From: Botryllus schlosseri
Taxonomy: Eukaryota
NCBI GenBank assembly: GCA_051294905.1
Contig: CM119372.1
Span: forward strand, 38,008,001-38,072,000
DNA length: 64,000 nucleotides
Reading direction: 5' to 3'
Part shown: one piece after another, positions 13,598-25,375 of the stretch
Position numbering within the stretch: the stretch's first letter is position 1
Layout of the letters: each line of letters opens with the position of its first letter
Notes under the pieces: model-generated
What the model was told of the DNA's origin: nothing
The model's input: the letters and a program-made list of their open reading frames with translations, nothing else
The model's database searches: none
Program-made: the position numbers and the translations under genes

Positions 13598-14252
13598 TGT
13601 GAGAGCTATTAAGGTGATTAACATTTAAAAAGTGGTGTTCCGCGAATCACGCAGCCTCATTCTAAAATCGGAATATGACGAACCCGTACCAGGATGGGGC
13701 TCGTTCACTTTCGGACCAAAAACCATTTTTCTCCGTAAGGATGTACTGATTTTGGTCCGAAAGTGAACGAGCCCCGTAGGTGCGTGAATTACATGTTCCG
13801 GAATCATCATCCGTAAGTGGAAGAAAACATTATAAATTTTGACATTTTTCGTAGATTTTTGACTTGCTTAAGCTAAAACAGTCCTCCAAATTAGTATCAA
13901 TGATCGTGGCTTAAGGTTTTATCAATATAAAATCCCTTAAAATAACAAATTCACTATGAGACTAGCGTCTTTGCATTGAGAAACACTAGAAAATGCCAGG
14001 TTGACAATTTTCAACGTGTGTGCCGATTAAGTTTCCTTAAATCCCTGTGCTGATAAGGGTTAATACGCGAACATGGCAAATACACAAGACATCGCCATGT
14101 TGATGCTCTGCTTCTAGTAATATCTGAGGTGTGCTAACTGTCGGTGATTCAGTATGTGAGACAAAATCAGCTTTCACCATTGTGTCCAAAACATTATTCA
14201 GGTTTGTTGTCTTGGCGTAAAATCTCTTCTGGTGAATTAAACTACAAATGAC

Positions 14253-14777
14253 TAGGGCTGGGCAAAATCGAGTACCTGAGTGATTCGATTCTGAATCACG
14301 TAAAATGCTTCGAGTCAAGTCGAGTAATCGAGTATCACTCATTATGACGTAATAGCAAAATATTATTTGTCAAAGTTCAGATATGTACCTTTTAAGCGAC
14401 CACAAAGAATATAATGCCTGTTATCCATCTGTTATCCACTTTGTTATTTTTTCGACCATACCGATTTTATTGCACTTGGTGACAATATTGTGGGATGATC
14501 ATGACTTCGGAAATGTGCTATTTCCAGTAACGTTCGTAGCTTTGTACTTCATGTTTCGCATGCTACGATACGGCCAATCAAGGTTTCAAGGCTTCAACAG
14601 TGAAATTAGCATAAACTCGTTGATCGTTGATAAACTCCTCGTTGATAAATCAACTTTCAGTGGTGAGGAGCGTATAATTTTAGTACTCGAAAAAATCGTC
14701 TTTTACTACTCGACTCGAATCATTAAAATTAATACTCGATTCAGATTCGAGTACTCGAATCATTGTGCCCAGCCCTA
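14253..14777. mobile_element. hAT MITE (TIR TAGGGCTGGGCA)
   Basis: TSD CAAATGAC. Older family members at ~24560-25340, 38935-39360, 41895-42290 and 52330-53390. Confidence 0.85.
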
Positions 14778-17700
14778 CAAATGACTAACCTACGGAGGCT
14801 AGTTAGGCTATCTAATGAAACAGGGAAAGTTTGAGATTTTGTCATTGCGTCTGGGCAGAGGAACGGCACCTTTATTGTCGCACCCTATCTGAGTGGCAAA
14901 CCAATAAAAAAGTATGATATACTTTCGGTTGCGCGATACACCCGCTTGATAAGCACTGCGGGTCTAGCTAGTCTACTCTACCGACATTCTCCATCTCCTA
15001 CTTTTAGTACGAGATAGGCTACTAGTCGACCGCCTTCGCACCAGTTTTACGGCGTAACAATAGACTTATACGACGTAGGATACTTTATATCGGGGCAATG
15101 CCGCATTCTTTCCAAGCAGTGCTGCACTGCAGATTGGAACTCATTACGAAACGGCGGGCCGTATTCTTTTGGTAACTAATTATTTCGTCGCGGGCTGGAC
15201 ATTTCGCTGGGCGGGCCGGATCCGGCCCGCGGGCCGTAGGTTGCCGACCCTTGGGCTATCGACTGCGTCACAGTGATTCTGAACCGGGTGCCGATTAAAC
15301 TGCTCGACTATATCTAGCTAGAGTAAGTGGTCCGACGGCTCATACTGCATCGTTTTCTCATGTATTTACACAATTATGACATCCAGCCTTTGAAAAAAAT
15401 CATTTTATACACGTTTTGAACAAAGTGTTTTGAGACACTTCATATTTTCATTTTTTTCAATTTAAAACAACGCCTGATTAGAGGCGTATAGGTATAAAAT
15501 ATAGATCCATAAATCGCGTAACATTACATTATGCATCATCCTTCCTGTGCCGCACTGTTGTAAAAGGGCCCTCAAACAATGTATCTATCAGTGCTGGGAT
15601 GACTCGAGTCATGACTTGACTCGAGTCAGACTCGAGTCACCTTTTTCGTTTGACTGGGCCTCCATTGTTTTCTCACAAATAAAGTGACTGCAATCGAAGT
15701 GATCGAAGCTTACAGCTTACGTTGTCGTAAACTAGTAGTAAAGTAATTTAGTAGCAAAATTAGCATTTCTGTTCTCTGTTCTTACCTTAACCAAACGGTT
15801 TAAGGAGATTAAATTCGAATATATAGTTTAAATAGTCCTAAACCATTGGCACAGGCTCGAATTGTATCATATCAATTTGTAAATGGATAATGTATTGCAT
15901 ATCTTATCAATTCGTTTCTCTATTCTGTATTTTCTATTTTAGCTGGTAAGTATAAACTGAGGCTGTGCAATTACTTACGTGGTTTAATCGTTCTACGTAT
16001 ATGTGAGCGATACAGCGCCTTCTTGCATGTACATTTAACTCTATTTTCGTTCATCGGTGCGGAATCAGTGACCACTCAATCTGTATTTCAGACAGCTCGC
16101 AAAATGCAATGACGTAATCATGCCCATACTTCGAAAAGGCAACTTGACTTGAATTGTGACTTGGCTCGACTTGGCTCGAGTCACTTCCAAAAATCGATTG
16201 ACTTGACTTGACTCGAGTCACTTTTGAAAATAAATTGACTTGACCCGACTCGAGTCGAAATGTGCAATGACTCGAAATGACTCGTGACTCGAAGGTGGTG
16301 ACTTGATCCCAACACTGGATCCCTCGGTAACTACCGCGCGGGCTGGAGATCTCGCATCAATTTAGATGCGCCCTCCACTCCTGACTGCACTCAACATTGC
16401 GACTCTGACTGACGACTCGCTCCGGCTACCGTCTCTCATGTGAGTGAAACTGTGATTTCGACTCTGAAGTCTGAAACCGACTCCCTAAGGGCAAAAAATG
16501 TACACAATTCTCTGCTTCAGCTATACGCCCCCCGCGTTGCCTCAAGAATTGCTGTCAATAGTTCTTCTTCAATAACAGTGATTCTCAAACTGGGGATGCA
16601 CCCCCTTTGCAGGCGTCAAATCATCTGAAGGGGGTCGAAGCCATTTGAGAGAAATTATCATTCTTGAATTAGGAATGAGTTAAACTTGTACTGAAACCTT
16701 CAAGTTTTAACAAGAGTGGCAATATTCCTAATAATCTGATGATTTTAAATGTCATAGTTACGTCGTCGTGCCATCCACACACCGCTGATGGATTTTGTCT
16801 GACACCAGACCTTGAACCGATCATAAAATGTATTGTCTGAATTAAAAGTAGGCCTAAATGGTGAAAGCGTGAAGCTGTCAGCTCAGTGGTTCTTATTAAC
16901 CCTTACCAAGCCGCAGAACCCACGGAACACGCCGATTTGGAGACCTTCACGGAACCCCAAATTTCATTAATACAAATATCTATCATAATACAACACAATA
17001 CAGGGGAAGCGAGTGGCGCAGTGTGCTAAGCATTACAGTCCCGACACCAATGATTGCTGTTTGTAGTCTCGGCTCTGCCGTGTTTCTATGCGTCTATCTG
17101 GGCTCCTCGGCGCCTTCACAAGCCCAGATGAAGAGAGAGACGAACTAAAGAAAGCCAAGCCGCCAGCAAAGACCAGAAAAAGAACGGCGAAGGAGGAAAA
17201 AACCGAAAAGACACGAACCTTATAAAATTACCGTGAGGGTGCATTTGACCGAAGTGTTGATAAGCGCCAATCACAACACACATTCAACTAAATCTAATAC
17301 ATTAATCATGGTTACCATATTTCGGAAATCTGAATAGAGGACAGATCTCCAAAATATTCAGACTTACAATACCCGGAGTAAAATCGGGAAAAAATGATAA
17401 ATTTTTCCCGACTTTGTGGTTAGTTGACTTTAAAAAAGGTCATTTTCCGACTTGGCTCCAGAAATTCAGACTTTTGTTGAATTCTTCGTTGATTGACTAA
17501 AATAGACAAAAATGTCGACTTTCCAGCTCAGCTCCCGGCATGTCCTCCGGAACGTTACTCCGGTGCCGATGTACTGTACTTCAGTCGAATTTCACCCTAT
17601 ATTTAACCATAATTCGCCAATAAATAGGACAAAATCTAAAAAAAAGGACATTTGGGCGTCCTCCTGGGACACTTTCAAAATAGTCAAAAAATAGGACAAA

Positions 17701-17851
17701 TCCTCTTTAAAGGAGGTATTGTAACCCTAACATTACTACAGATTACTTATGCGCAAAAATTAGCCGTACAATATCAGTTGCTCGTCAACAGAGTGCTGGA
17801 CGAACAGAAGCCCCGGGTCAAGCGGGGCCCTATTTGTAATTCGGGTGCCCA

Positions 17852-19150
17852 AATTTCGAAAATGTCCAATTTCAATTCGATTCTAATAAGATATATGTAG
17901 AGTCCGAAGCCTAATTCTCTTTGAAATGGATTCTACTAGTTTAGCCGATTCCATCAATACCAAAATTATTATTCAAGTCGACGTCCCAAGGGTCGATCTG
18001 GGGCCATAATTGTGTCCGGATTATCGAAATTTCGAATATGTCCAATTTCAATTCGATTCTAATGAGATATGTGTAGAGTCCGAAGCCTAATTCTTTTTGA
18101 AATGGATTCTACTAGTCTGGCCGCTTCTATCGAGATCAAAATTATTATTGAAGTCGACGTCCCAAGGGTCCAACTGGGGCCATAATTGTGTCCGGATTAT
18201 CAAAATTTCGAAAATGTCCGATTTCAATTCGATTCTAATGAGATATATGTAGAGTCCGAGGCCTAATTCTTTTTGAAATGGATTGTACTAGTCTAGCCGA
18301 TTCCATCGATACCAAAATTATTATTCAAGTCGACGTCCCAAGGGTCCAACTTGGGCCATAATTGTGTCCGGATTATCAAAATTTCGAAAATATCCGATTT
18401 CAATTCGATTCTAATGAGATATATGTAGAGTCCGAGGCCTAATTCTTTTTGAAATGGATTGTACTAGTCTAGCCGATTCCATCAATACCAAAATTATTAT
18501 TCAAGTCGACGTCCCAAGGGTCGATCTGGGGCCATAATTGTGTCCGGATTATCAAAATTTCGAAAATGTCCGATTTCAATTCGATTCTAATGAGATATGT
18601 GGAGAGTCCGAAGCCTAATTCTTTTTGAAATGGATTCTACTAGTCTGGCCGCTTCTATCGAGACCAAAATTATTATTCAAGTCGACGTCCCAAGGGTCCA
18701 ACTGGGGCCATAATTGTGTCCGGATTATCTAAATTTCGAAAATGTCCGATTTCAATTCGATTCTAATGAGATATATGTAGAGTCCGAAGCCTAATTCTTT
18801 TTGAAATGGATTCTACTAGTCTCGCCAATTCCATCAATATTAAAATTATTATTCAAGTCGACGTCCCAAGGGTCGATCTGGGGCCATAATTGTGTCCGGA
18901 TTACCGAAATTTTGAAAATGTCCGATTTTAATTCGATTCTAATGAGATATATGTAGAGTCCGGAGCCTAATTCTTTTTGAAATGGATTCTACTAGTCTAG
19001 CCGATTCCATCAATACTAAAATTATTATTCAAGTCGACGTCCCAAGGGTCGATCTGGGGCCATAATTGTGTCCGGATTACCGAAATTTTGAAAATGTCCG
19101 ATTTTAATTCGATTCTAATGAGATATATGTAGAGTCCGGAGCCTAAATCT
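17852..19150 (-). repeat. Tandem array, ~7 x 176 bp, inverted (right foldback arm)
   Basis: Reverse complement of 12370-13597; GTCGACGTCCCAAGGG occurs seven times. Confidence 0.95.
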
Positions 19151-19654
19151 TTTAAAAAAGTGTTCTACTATTTGTCGTGATCAGTGGGAAAAATGATGAT
19201 TCTTTGTAGCTGCCGCCGGTGTCAAACCATTCTTGCACTCTTCGAAATATATTTATACCCCAAGGATTGTCGATAGACATGGTCTGCTGAGCGTTATCAT
19301 CGACACATTTCTGGCGATTTCTCTGCAAAATATTCAGTCAAACGGCTGCGTAGTAGGTAGGTATCCATTCGTCTTGTTAAAATTGTTTTTTCGTCATAAT
19401 ACCCGGAAATACACCCGAAAACCGTCGTTTACATGCATCTGTCGGTGAATACATCACCAAGAAATAGTCTGGCAAGAGGTTCCCGAATATACCGATGTAA
19501 TTTCCAAAGCACAAAACGTAATGACACCCGAGTATATTTCCATGATTCACCCGATCACCGATTTCGGCCAAAAATTCTAATAGAATCACAGTGGTCATGG
19601 AAGCCATAATAAATGTACAGCGAGAAACATGGTGTCAGAAGTGGGATTCGAGCA

Positions 19655-20375
19655 ATTGAGCAATTGATTACTGACAATGGTCCATGCTATGCTGCTCATG
19701 ACTTCGAGGCATTTGCAAAGGAATATGAGTTTGAACATGTGACCAGCTCTCCAGGACACAGCCAATCGAATGGAAAGGCGGAATCAGCTGTCAAAATCTT
19801 CAAATCGTTACTTCGTAAAGCGACAACTGACAAAAAATTAAGACATAAATATTGTACTGTTGGATTGAAGGAACACTCCAGGCGAGACTGTTCCTGGCTC
19901 TCCAGCACAGAGGCTATTTGGAAGACGCACCAAGACCTTGTTGCCAATAGCAACTAAACTACTTGAGCCGAAAATTGTTTCTGATGTCATTCCATCGCTT
20001 ATGGATCGGAAAAGAAAACAGGCAAAGTATTACAATCGTGGTGCAAAAGACCTCGCCCTGTTGAGTCCTGGTCAACAGGTTCGATTCAAAAGGACAGAAA
20101 ATGGCTTGTGGCTCGAAGCGGTGGTGATTAAGCAACTGAATGATCGATCGTACATTGTTAAGGCGACAGATGGAACGATCTACCGACGCAACAGAAAGTT
20201 TATTCGAACTACTGTAACTCGCCCGCATGTTGCATTTGACTTTGATGACATTTCGATTGCCAGACCAGCAGTAGTGAACAGCAACACTAATGGGTCGTTA
20301 TCTGGTTCCAGTACCAGCAGGCCAAGCCGTACAGTAATTCGACCAGCATACTTGCAAGACTATGTTACAACTTGA
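19655..20375 (+). pseudogene. Gypsy integrase C-terminal fragment, frameshifted
   Basis: LITDNGPCY...TSSPGHSQSNGKAESAVK (D-35-E part of the integrase core), frameshift near 19840-19940, then QAKYYNRGAKDL..PGQQV..RSYIV..IYRRNR. No gag, protease or RT present. Confidence 0.85.
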
Positions 20376-21611
20376 TTCGTTGCTGTAATTTATATCCTAT
20401 TCCGGTTCGCTTCGTTTTCTATTATTTTGTGATGTTTTGAGAGGTGGGTTATTGTATGTATTATGATGATGCTTCCCTGTAAAGTAGCAAGGTATGACGT
20501 CATGCCTTACCCAACTGTGCATGACCGCATCACTCGTGCTTGACCGCTTCATCTCTTATCTCATCTTTGGTTGATGGCACATGGAAGCCATAATAAATGT
20601 ACAGCGAGAAACATGGAGGATATTCGTTCGATCCATAGCACGCAAGAGGTTTGGTTGAGGTGTGCAAGTTTTCGAAAACGTAAGCTATAAGCTCCGATCA
20701 CTGCGTTAACGATCAATTCATTAGTGATGCATCAATGGAGGCTCGGTAAAACGCACAATCATTGAGTGATCGCGGTCAACAATCCGAACTTATACAAGAT
20801 ACGGCGATCTAGTCGACATCGATTACTTGAAATTGACTCATGGATTTTGATTCGAGTCACGACTCACGAGTCAATCTGCATTCTTGAAGCGTCGAGTCAA
20901 GTTAAGTCATTTTTGCAAAGTGACTCGAGTCAAGTCAAGTCATGCGAAAAAGGTGACTCGAGTCAAGTCATGACTCGGGTCATCCCAACACTGCTCTCTG
21001 ATCCACTCTGCACTCTGTTGTTGTTGGTTTATTAGCAATGTTATCAGTTCAATACACCACAAAAATGCGATACAAAGAAACGATAGGAAGGTGTCGAAGC
21101 GACTTGGAGTAGTCTTTGGATTCAGACACCCACATTGGCCTAGGCCATAACTGATGTAAAGAGGATGCATGAACATTGCACACTGAATGGAAAGTACAAG
21201 AAGATCGTTTTCACAACTACTTACTTACTTGAGTACTTTTAAAGTCAGTCAATTCTACTTCTAATTCAAGTAGTTTTAGGTTGCTTTTGGAAGAAGTACT
21301 TCTACTCGTACTTGAGTAGATTTTTTCGTCGCTACATCTACTTCTACTTGAGTAGCTTTCTTGACTACTTTGACCACCTCTGCATAGGTTCACGTTCGCG
21401 TTCACACGAACCTTTCAGAGGTTCACACCATCCCTAGTTTCTTTGTCTGGAATAAATTCATGGTAAGGTTATTAACTGGGTGCAGTACTAAATTCAATAT
21501 CAGCAAAGACCTGTACCACATTCTCAGTTGACTTACTAGTCACACAAAACAATGAAACAAAACCCAAGACTTCCCCATATTGCCAATCGCAGAGGTGCAT
21601 TTGGGAATTGC

Positions 21612-21950
21612 GGGGGATATAGCGTGGTGGTAACGATAAGCGCGCACTAAGCGGTGGACCGAGTTCGATTCCCATCGGAGGTTCATCCCAGCTCCTTACC
21701 CCCCCTGTCGCCGACGGCGACAAAAAAGCCCAGAAAAAAGAAAGCACTCACAAGGAATGAAAAGAACTAGTAGAAAGGACCGTGGCTTCAAAAAAGAACA
21801 TCATCGAGAAGAACTGTGACATCGGGCACTCTAGGCCGAGGTGGATGTTAGAGTACAGGATCGCTACTGATGCGTCGTTCGACATCCTATCTGTTCGTTA
21901 CATCGCATTGTACATTGTGTGAAACTTGTTCAGATGAAAATTATAACCCA
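21612..21950 (+). mobile_element. tRNA-derived SINE
   Basis: A box TAGCGTGGTGG and B box GAGTTCGATTC; 3' part shared with 37795-37860; similar heads at 17003 and 38278. Confidence 0.55.
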
Positions 21951-22649
21951 GTGATTGTTGTGGTAGCCTACATCGGCCTCGAACCAGAGGTTATAATAAC
22001 CTCGACGTGATCAAGAATACAATTATTATATCGTTAATTAGTTGTGTGGTCCTCGGGCGCGATGAAAATATTTTAAACAGTAGACAGACCGAGGCAATTT
22101 GTGAAAATGGGGCGCTGGAGGAGAAAAGGTTAAGAACTACTGGTCTAACAGGTGGAATACGAAATTCTGGTGAGTTGTTATTGCAGGACTGTCAACTTCT
22201 TTTGTAGAGTACAAATGACGCAACTTCAAATAATTTAAAGACTTTTATCTGACGATCAGCGATTCAAACCATACTCAGATAGCTGCGGTCTGCCACATAT
22301 ATAGCAGCTTTGCGTCAGCGATTCTATTGAACGAATCCCGTTCTGCGATCTGACAGTACTACCGACACTTGCCACTTCATTTTCACGACCTGTCCTTCTT
22401 TATACCTTGTCTTACTTTTCAGTCAGTGTGGACTGTGGATGCCTCTTAGGGCCCCTGATGATACGGATCACTACAAGAGATAACAGAAACGTCGCTCTAT
22501 TCCTCAGTTTAAGATCGCCACACTCAGTAGGTCTAAAAATATATTTACCCCGCTAATTATTGCGACAATGAGACAGCAGCGAACAGTAGCAAGCAAATCG
22601 CCCCATTTCCCGAATGAAGGTGTCAGGGGGCTCCTGCTCACAGCAAGAA

Positions 22650-23030
22650 GTGACATAATAGCAAGATTAGAATAGCGAGGCATAAAAAATAACAACTACC
22701 AAGACAGTGATGGTCACAATAGCAAGTAACGCATTCAAAATAGTGAGTGCACTAAGATCGTGGCAGTCAAAACGTGTCATAATAAAGAGGCATTCAAAAT
22801 ATTGAGTGTAATAACAGCAACACATTCAAAATTGCGAGTGCCATAATAGCAAATCAAAATAGCAAGTGTCACAACGTCATAATAGCAATTCATTCAAATA
22901 TCTAGGATATTAATAGAGGCATTCTAAATTGTCAGTGTCTGTCATAATAGCGATACCATCAAAATAGACAGAGTCGTAATAACGAGACATTCAAAATAGA
23001 GTGTGTGTATTAATAGCGCTTCACTTAAAA
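22650..23030 (+). repeat. Degenerate ~30-bp minisatellite
   Basis: Recurring CATTCAAAATAG-x-GAGTGTCATAATAGC units. Confidence 0.6.
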
Positions 23031-25375
23031 CTGTGGTACCAAAAGTGGGCGATACCGCCCCTCGGATTTTGAGAGACGGGCGAAAAAACTGTCGTAATTA
23101 CTATCCATGCAGAATTACTCGAGTAAATAGCAGCTTAAGGCTACCGATGACCTCTAGTATTTAGGGAAGGGGGGCTGTAAGATATCTTGCACTTGATATG
23201 GGGCAATGAGTCAAAAAATTTGGGAACCTCCGAATACCGATACCATTTTTACTGTTGACGCTTTCAAACCTCGATTAGTTGTATGCGGCATACGAAGTAT
23301 GGTTACAAAGCTTCGCACGTCAGTGGAAAAGACATCTGTATGGTTTAAAATAACACCATCAAGCCGCAATCTGACCTATAACTCAATATTTTGTCACCCT
23401 CTGTGCCGAGACTTGAGAGTTTGCCCAGATGATGTAGAGTTTGCCCCAATGATGTCATAACGCCAGTATTTAGGGAAGGGGGAGCATTGCCGTTGTGAAT
23501 GATTGCAACTAGGAATGGTACGAGTCGTGCAAGAATACCGTACATAGACTTTTAATCAGAAGAAGTCATAGTAGTCGGAACGGAGAAATAGTAGCGTAAT
23601 AATGTCATCAATCTCTACTCAGTTATGAGTACGAGTAGAACTAAATAACAAATGGTCTGAGAAGTATTCTAATAAGTAGTTTTATGATGTAGACCTGTTC
23701 GAGTGCTCGCACACATTTACCAGTTAATCAAGGTGGCTACTTTCGAGCTTTACATGATATATCTTTGTGCCCAACACAAAACGATGATTGCATCTATATT
23801 CTAGAAATAAGTAGAATGCATTGGCATATATTCAATTACCGTGAGTCCGTGGCAACAGCTGTTTCATGCAGTTCTGATGTCAATTTCATTCAGAAAAGTG
23901 ATGCAAACGCAAGAATGCAAACCATACTGTATTTTGACTACCACAACACAACAACCGTATATCATTACCAACCACCGCTTGTGAGATGCTGCACTGCATA
24001 AACATTCATAAGATTAAGTTGATTATAAACATTATACCTACAAAAAAAAACGAAGCAAGCATCGTGCATGGACAATGGCAAACCGAAAATACATTCATGA
24101 TTAATACTCAAATTGAGCAATTGACCGTTGCTTGAAATATACAGACACAGAAACAGCATTCTCATTAGGTGTGAAGCGAATGCAGATTTCCAAACATTAC
24201 AGAAATTTCATGATGATAATCCCGTCAGAAAGGCGACTTGCAAGTTTACGTGGCTTGGAAAGTTCAAATATGCAAGTTTTACACGACCACAAATAAAATC
24301 ATGCCAGTAACACTACTTTGAAGATATTTCATTATTTCAAGACCATAGCTATTTCCTAGCGCTTCTATGACAATACTGAAAGGAAATCACTATTTCTCAG
24401 TGCACGGATGGTTTCAAGTGGACCACCATGAGAATGCAGTACCAAAACTATAATTCTCATACATAAAATAACTTGTACTTGTGAGGGGAGTATAATTTCG
24501 GTGCTTGGAAAAATAATCTCTCATAACAGACTCGAATCGTTACGATTAAAAATTGAGTAACTAGGGCTGGAGACAATGATTCGAGTACTCGAATCTGAAA
24601 CGAGTATTAATTCTAGTGATTCGTGCAGACATGATTCTTTTTAGTACTAAAATTATACACTCTTTGCCACTAACAGCTACTTTATCAACGGAAAACCATC
24701 GATTCAGTGCTATTTTCCACTGTTGGAGCCTTGAAACCTCGTTAGGTCGCATCGCAGCAAGCAAAACATGTAATATTAAGCGGCGCTCGTTAGTTGAAAT
24801 GACATATACGTAGGGTTACCACATTTTCAAAATTTTCAGACTTACAATGCTGGATAACATACGGAAAAAAGGGTAAACTTTCAGGTCAACTTTCACGTTA
24901 TCAGTTGATTTAATAAAAAAGAAAGGTCAACTTTTCGGCTCAGCTTCGAAATAACCGCCGGAGCGTTACTTCAGTGCTGATTTACTGTATCTAAGTCGCA
25001 TTTTGCCAACATTTAACCAAACTTATCAAAAAAGAGGACAAAATCTCAAAAAAGGGGGCATTTAGAGGTCCTCGGGAGGCCAAATCCTCCTAAAGGAGGA
25101 TGTATGAAAAGAGGACATTCGGGAGTCTTCTGAGGACACTTCAAAAAAAGGACAAATCTACTTAGAAGAGGATGTATGGTAACCCAACATATACGTGAAA
25201 GCTGTCACCAAAGTATTTGTGGTAGCATAAAAGGTACATATTTGAACTTTTCATATCATACATATCGTTATGACGACCTAACGAGAAATACTTGACTCGA
25301 AGCCTAAAACTTGATTCAGGACAGAATCACTCACGTACTTCATTGTGCTCAGTCCTTGTATGGTAAACGAATACT

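Larger units (their letters stand above)
11926..19595. mobile_element. Foldback-like DNA element with ~1.7-kb inverted arms
   Basis: Ends ACCACTGTGATTCTATTAGAATTTTT and its reverse complement; duplicated target CATGGAAG (11918-11925 and 19596-19603). Each arm is ~440 bp unique outer sequence plus a 176-bp tandem array. No transposase ORF inside. Confidence 0.85.
11776..20613 (+). mobile_element. Internally deleted Ty3/Gypsy LTR retrotransposon (Mag-like)
   Basis: TG..CA ends with 5-bp TSD TGGAG (11771-11775 and 20614-20618). 5' LTR 11776-11925 plus 19604-19629, split by the foldback element. PBS TGGTGTCAGAAGTGGGATTCGA at 19630 (complementary to a tRNA-Leu 3' end). 3' LTR ~20444-20613. Confidence 0.88.
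10813..20993. mobile_element. GACTCGAGTC-family hAT MITE expanded to 10 kb by nested Gypsy and foldback insertions
   Basis: Ends CAGTGTTGGGAT and ATCCCAACACTG; flanks CTCTCTGC and CTCTCTGA (7/8 match). A related uninterrupted copy lies at 15589-16317. Confidence 0.7.

Noticed and set aside
16318..16560. LINE endonuclease remnant (..LLQLYAP)
   Set aside because: Only a short motif resemblance; not supportable without a profile search.
19630..19651. tRNA-Leu gene
   Set aside because: Only 22 nt complementary to a tRNA 3' end, directly after an LTR; this is a primer-binding site.
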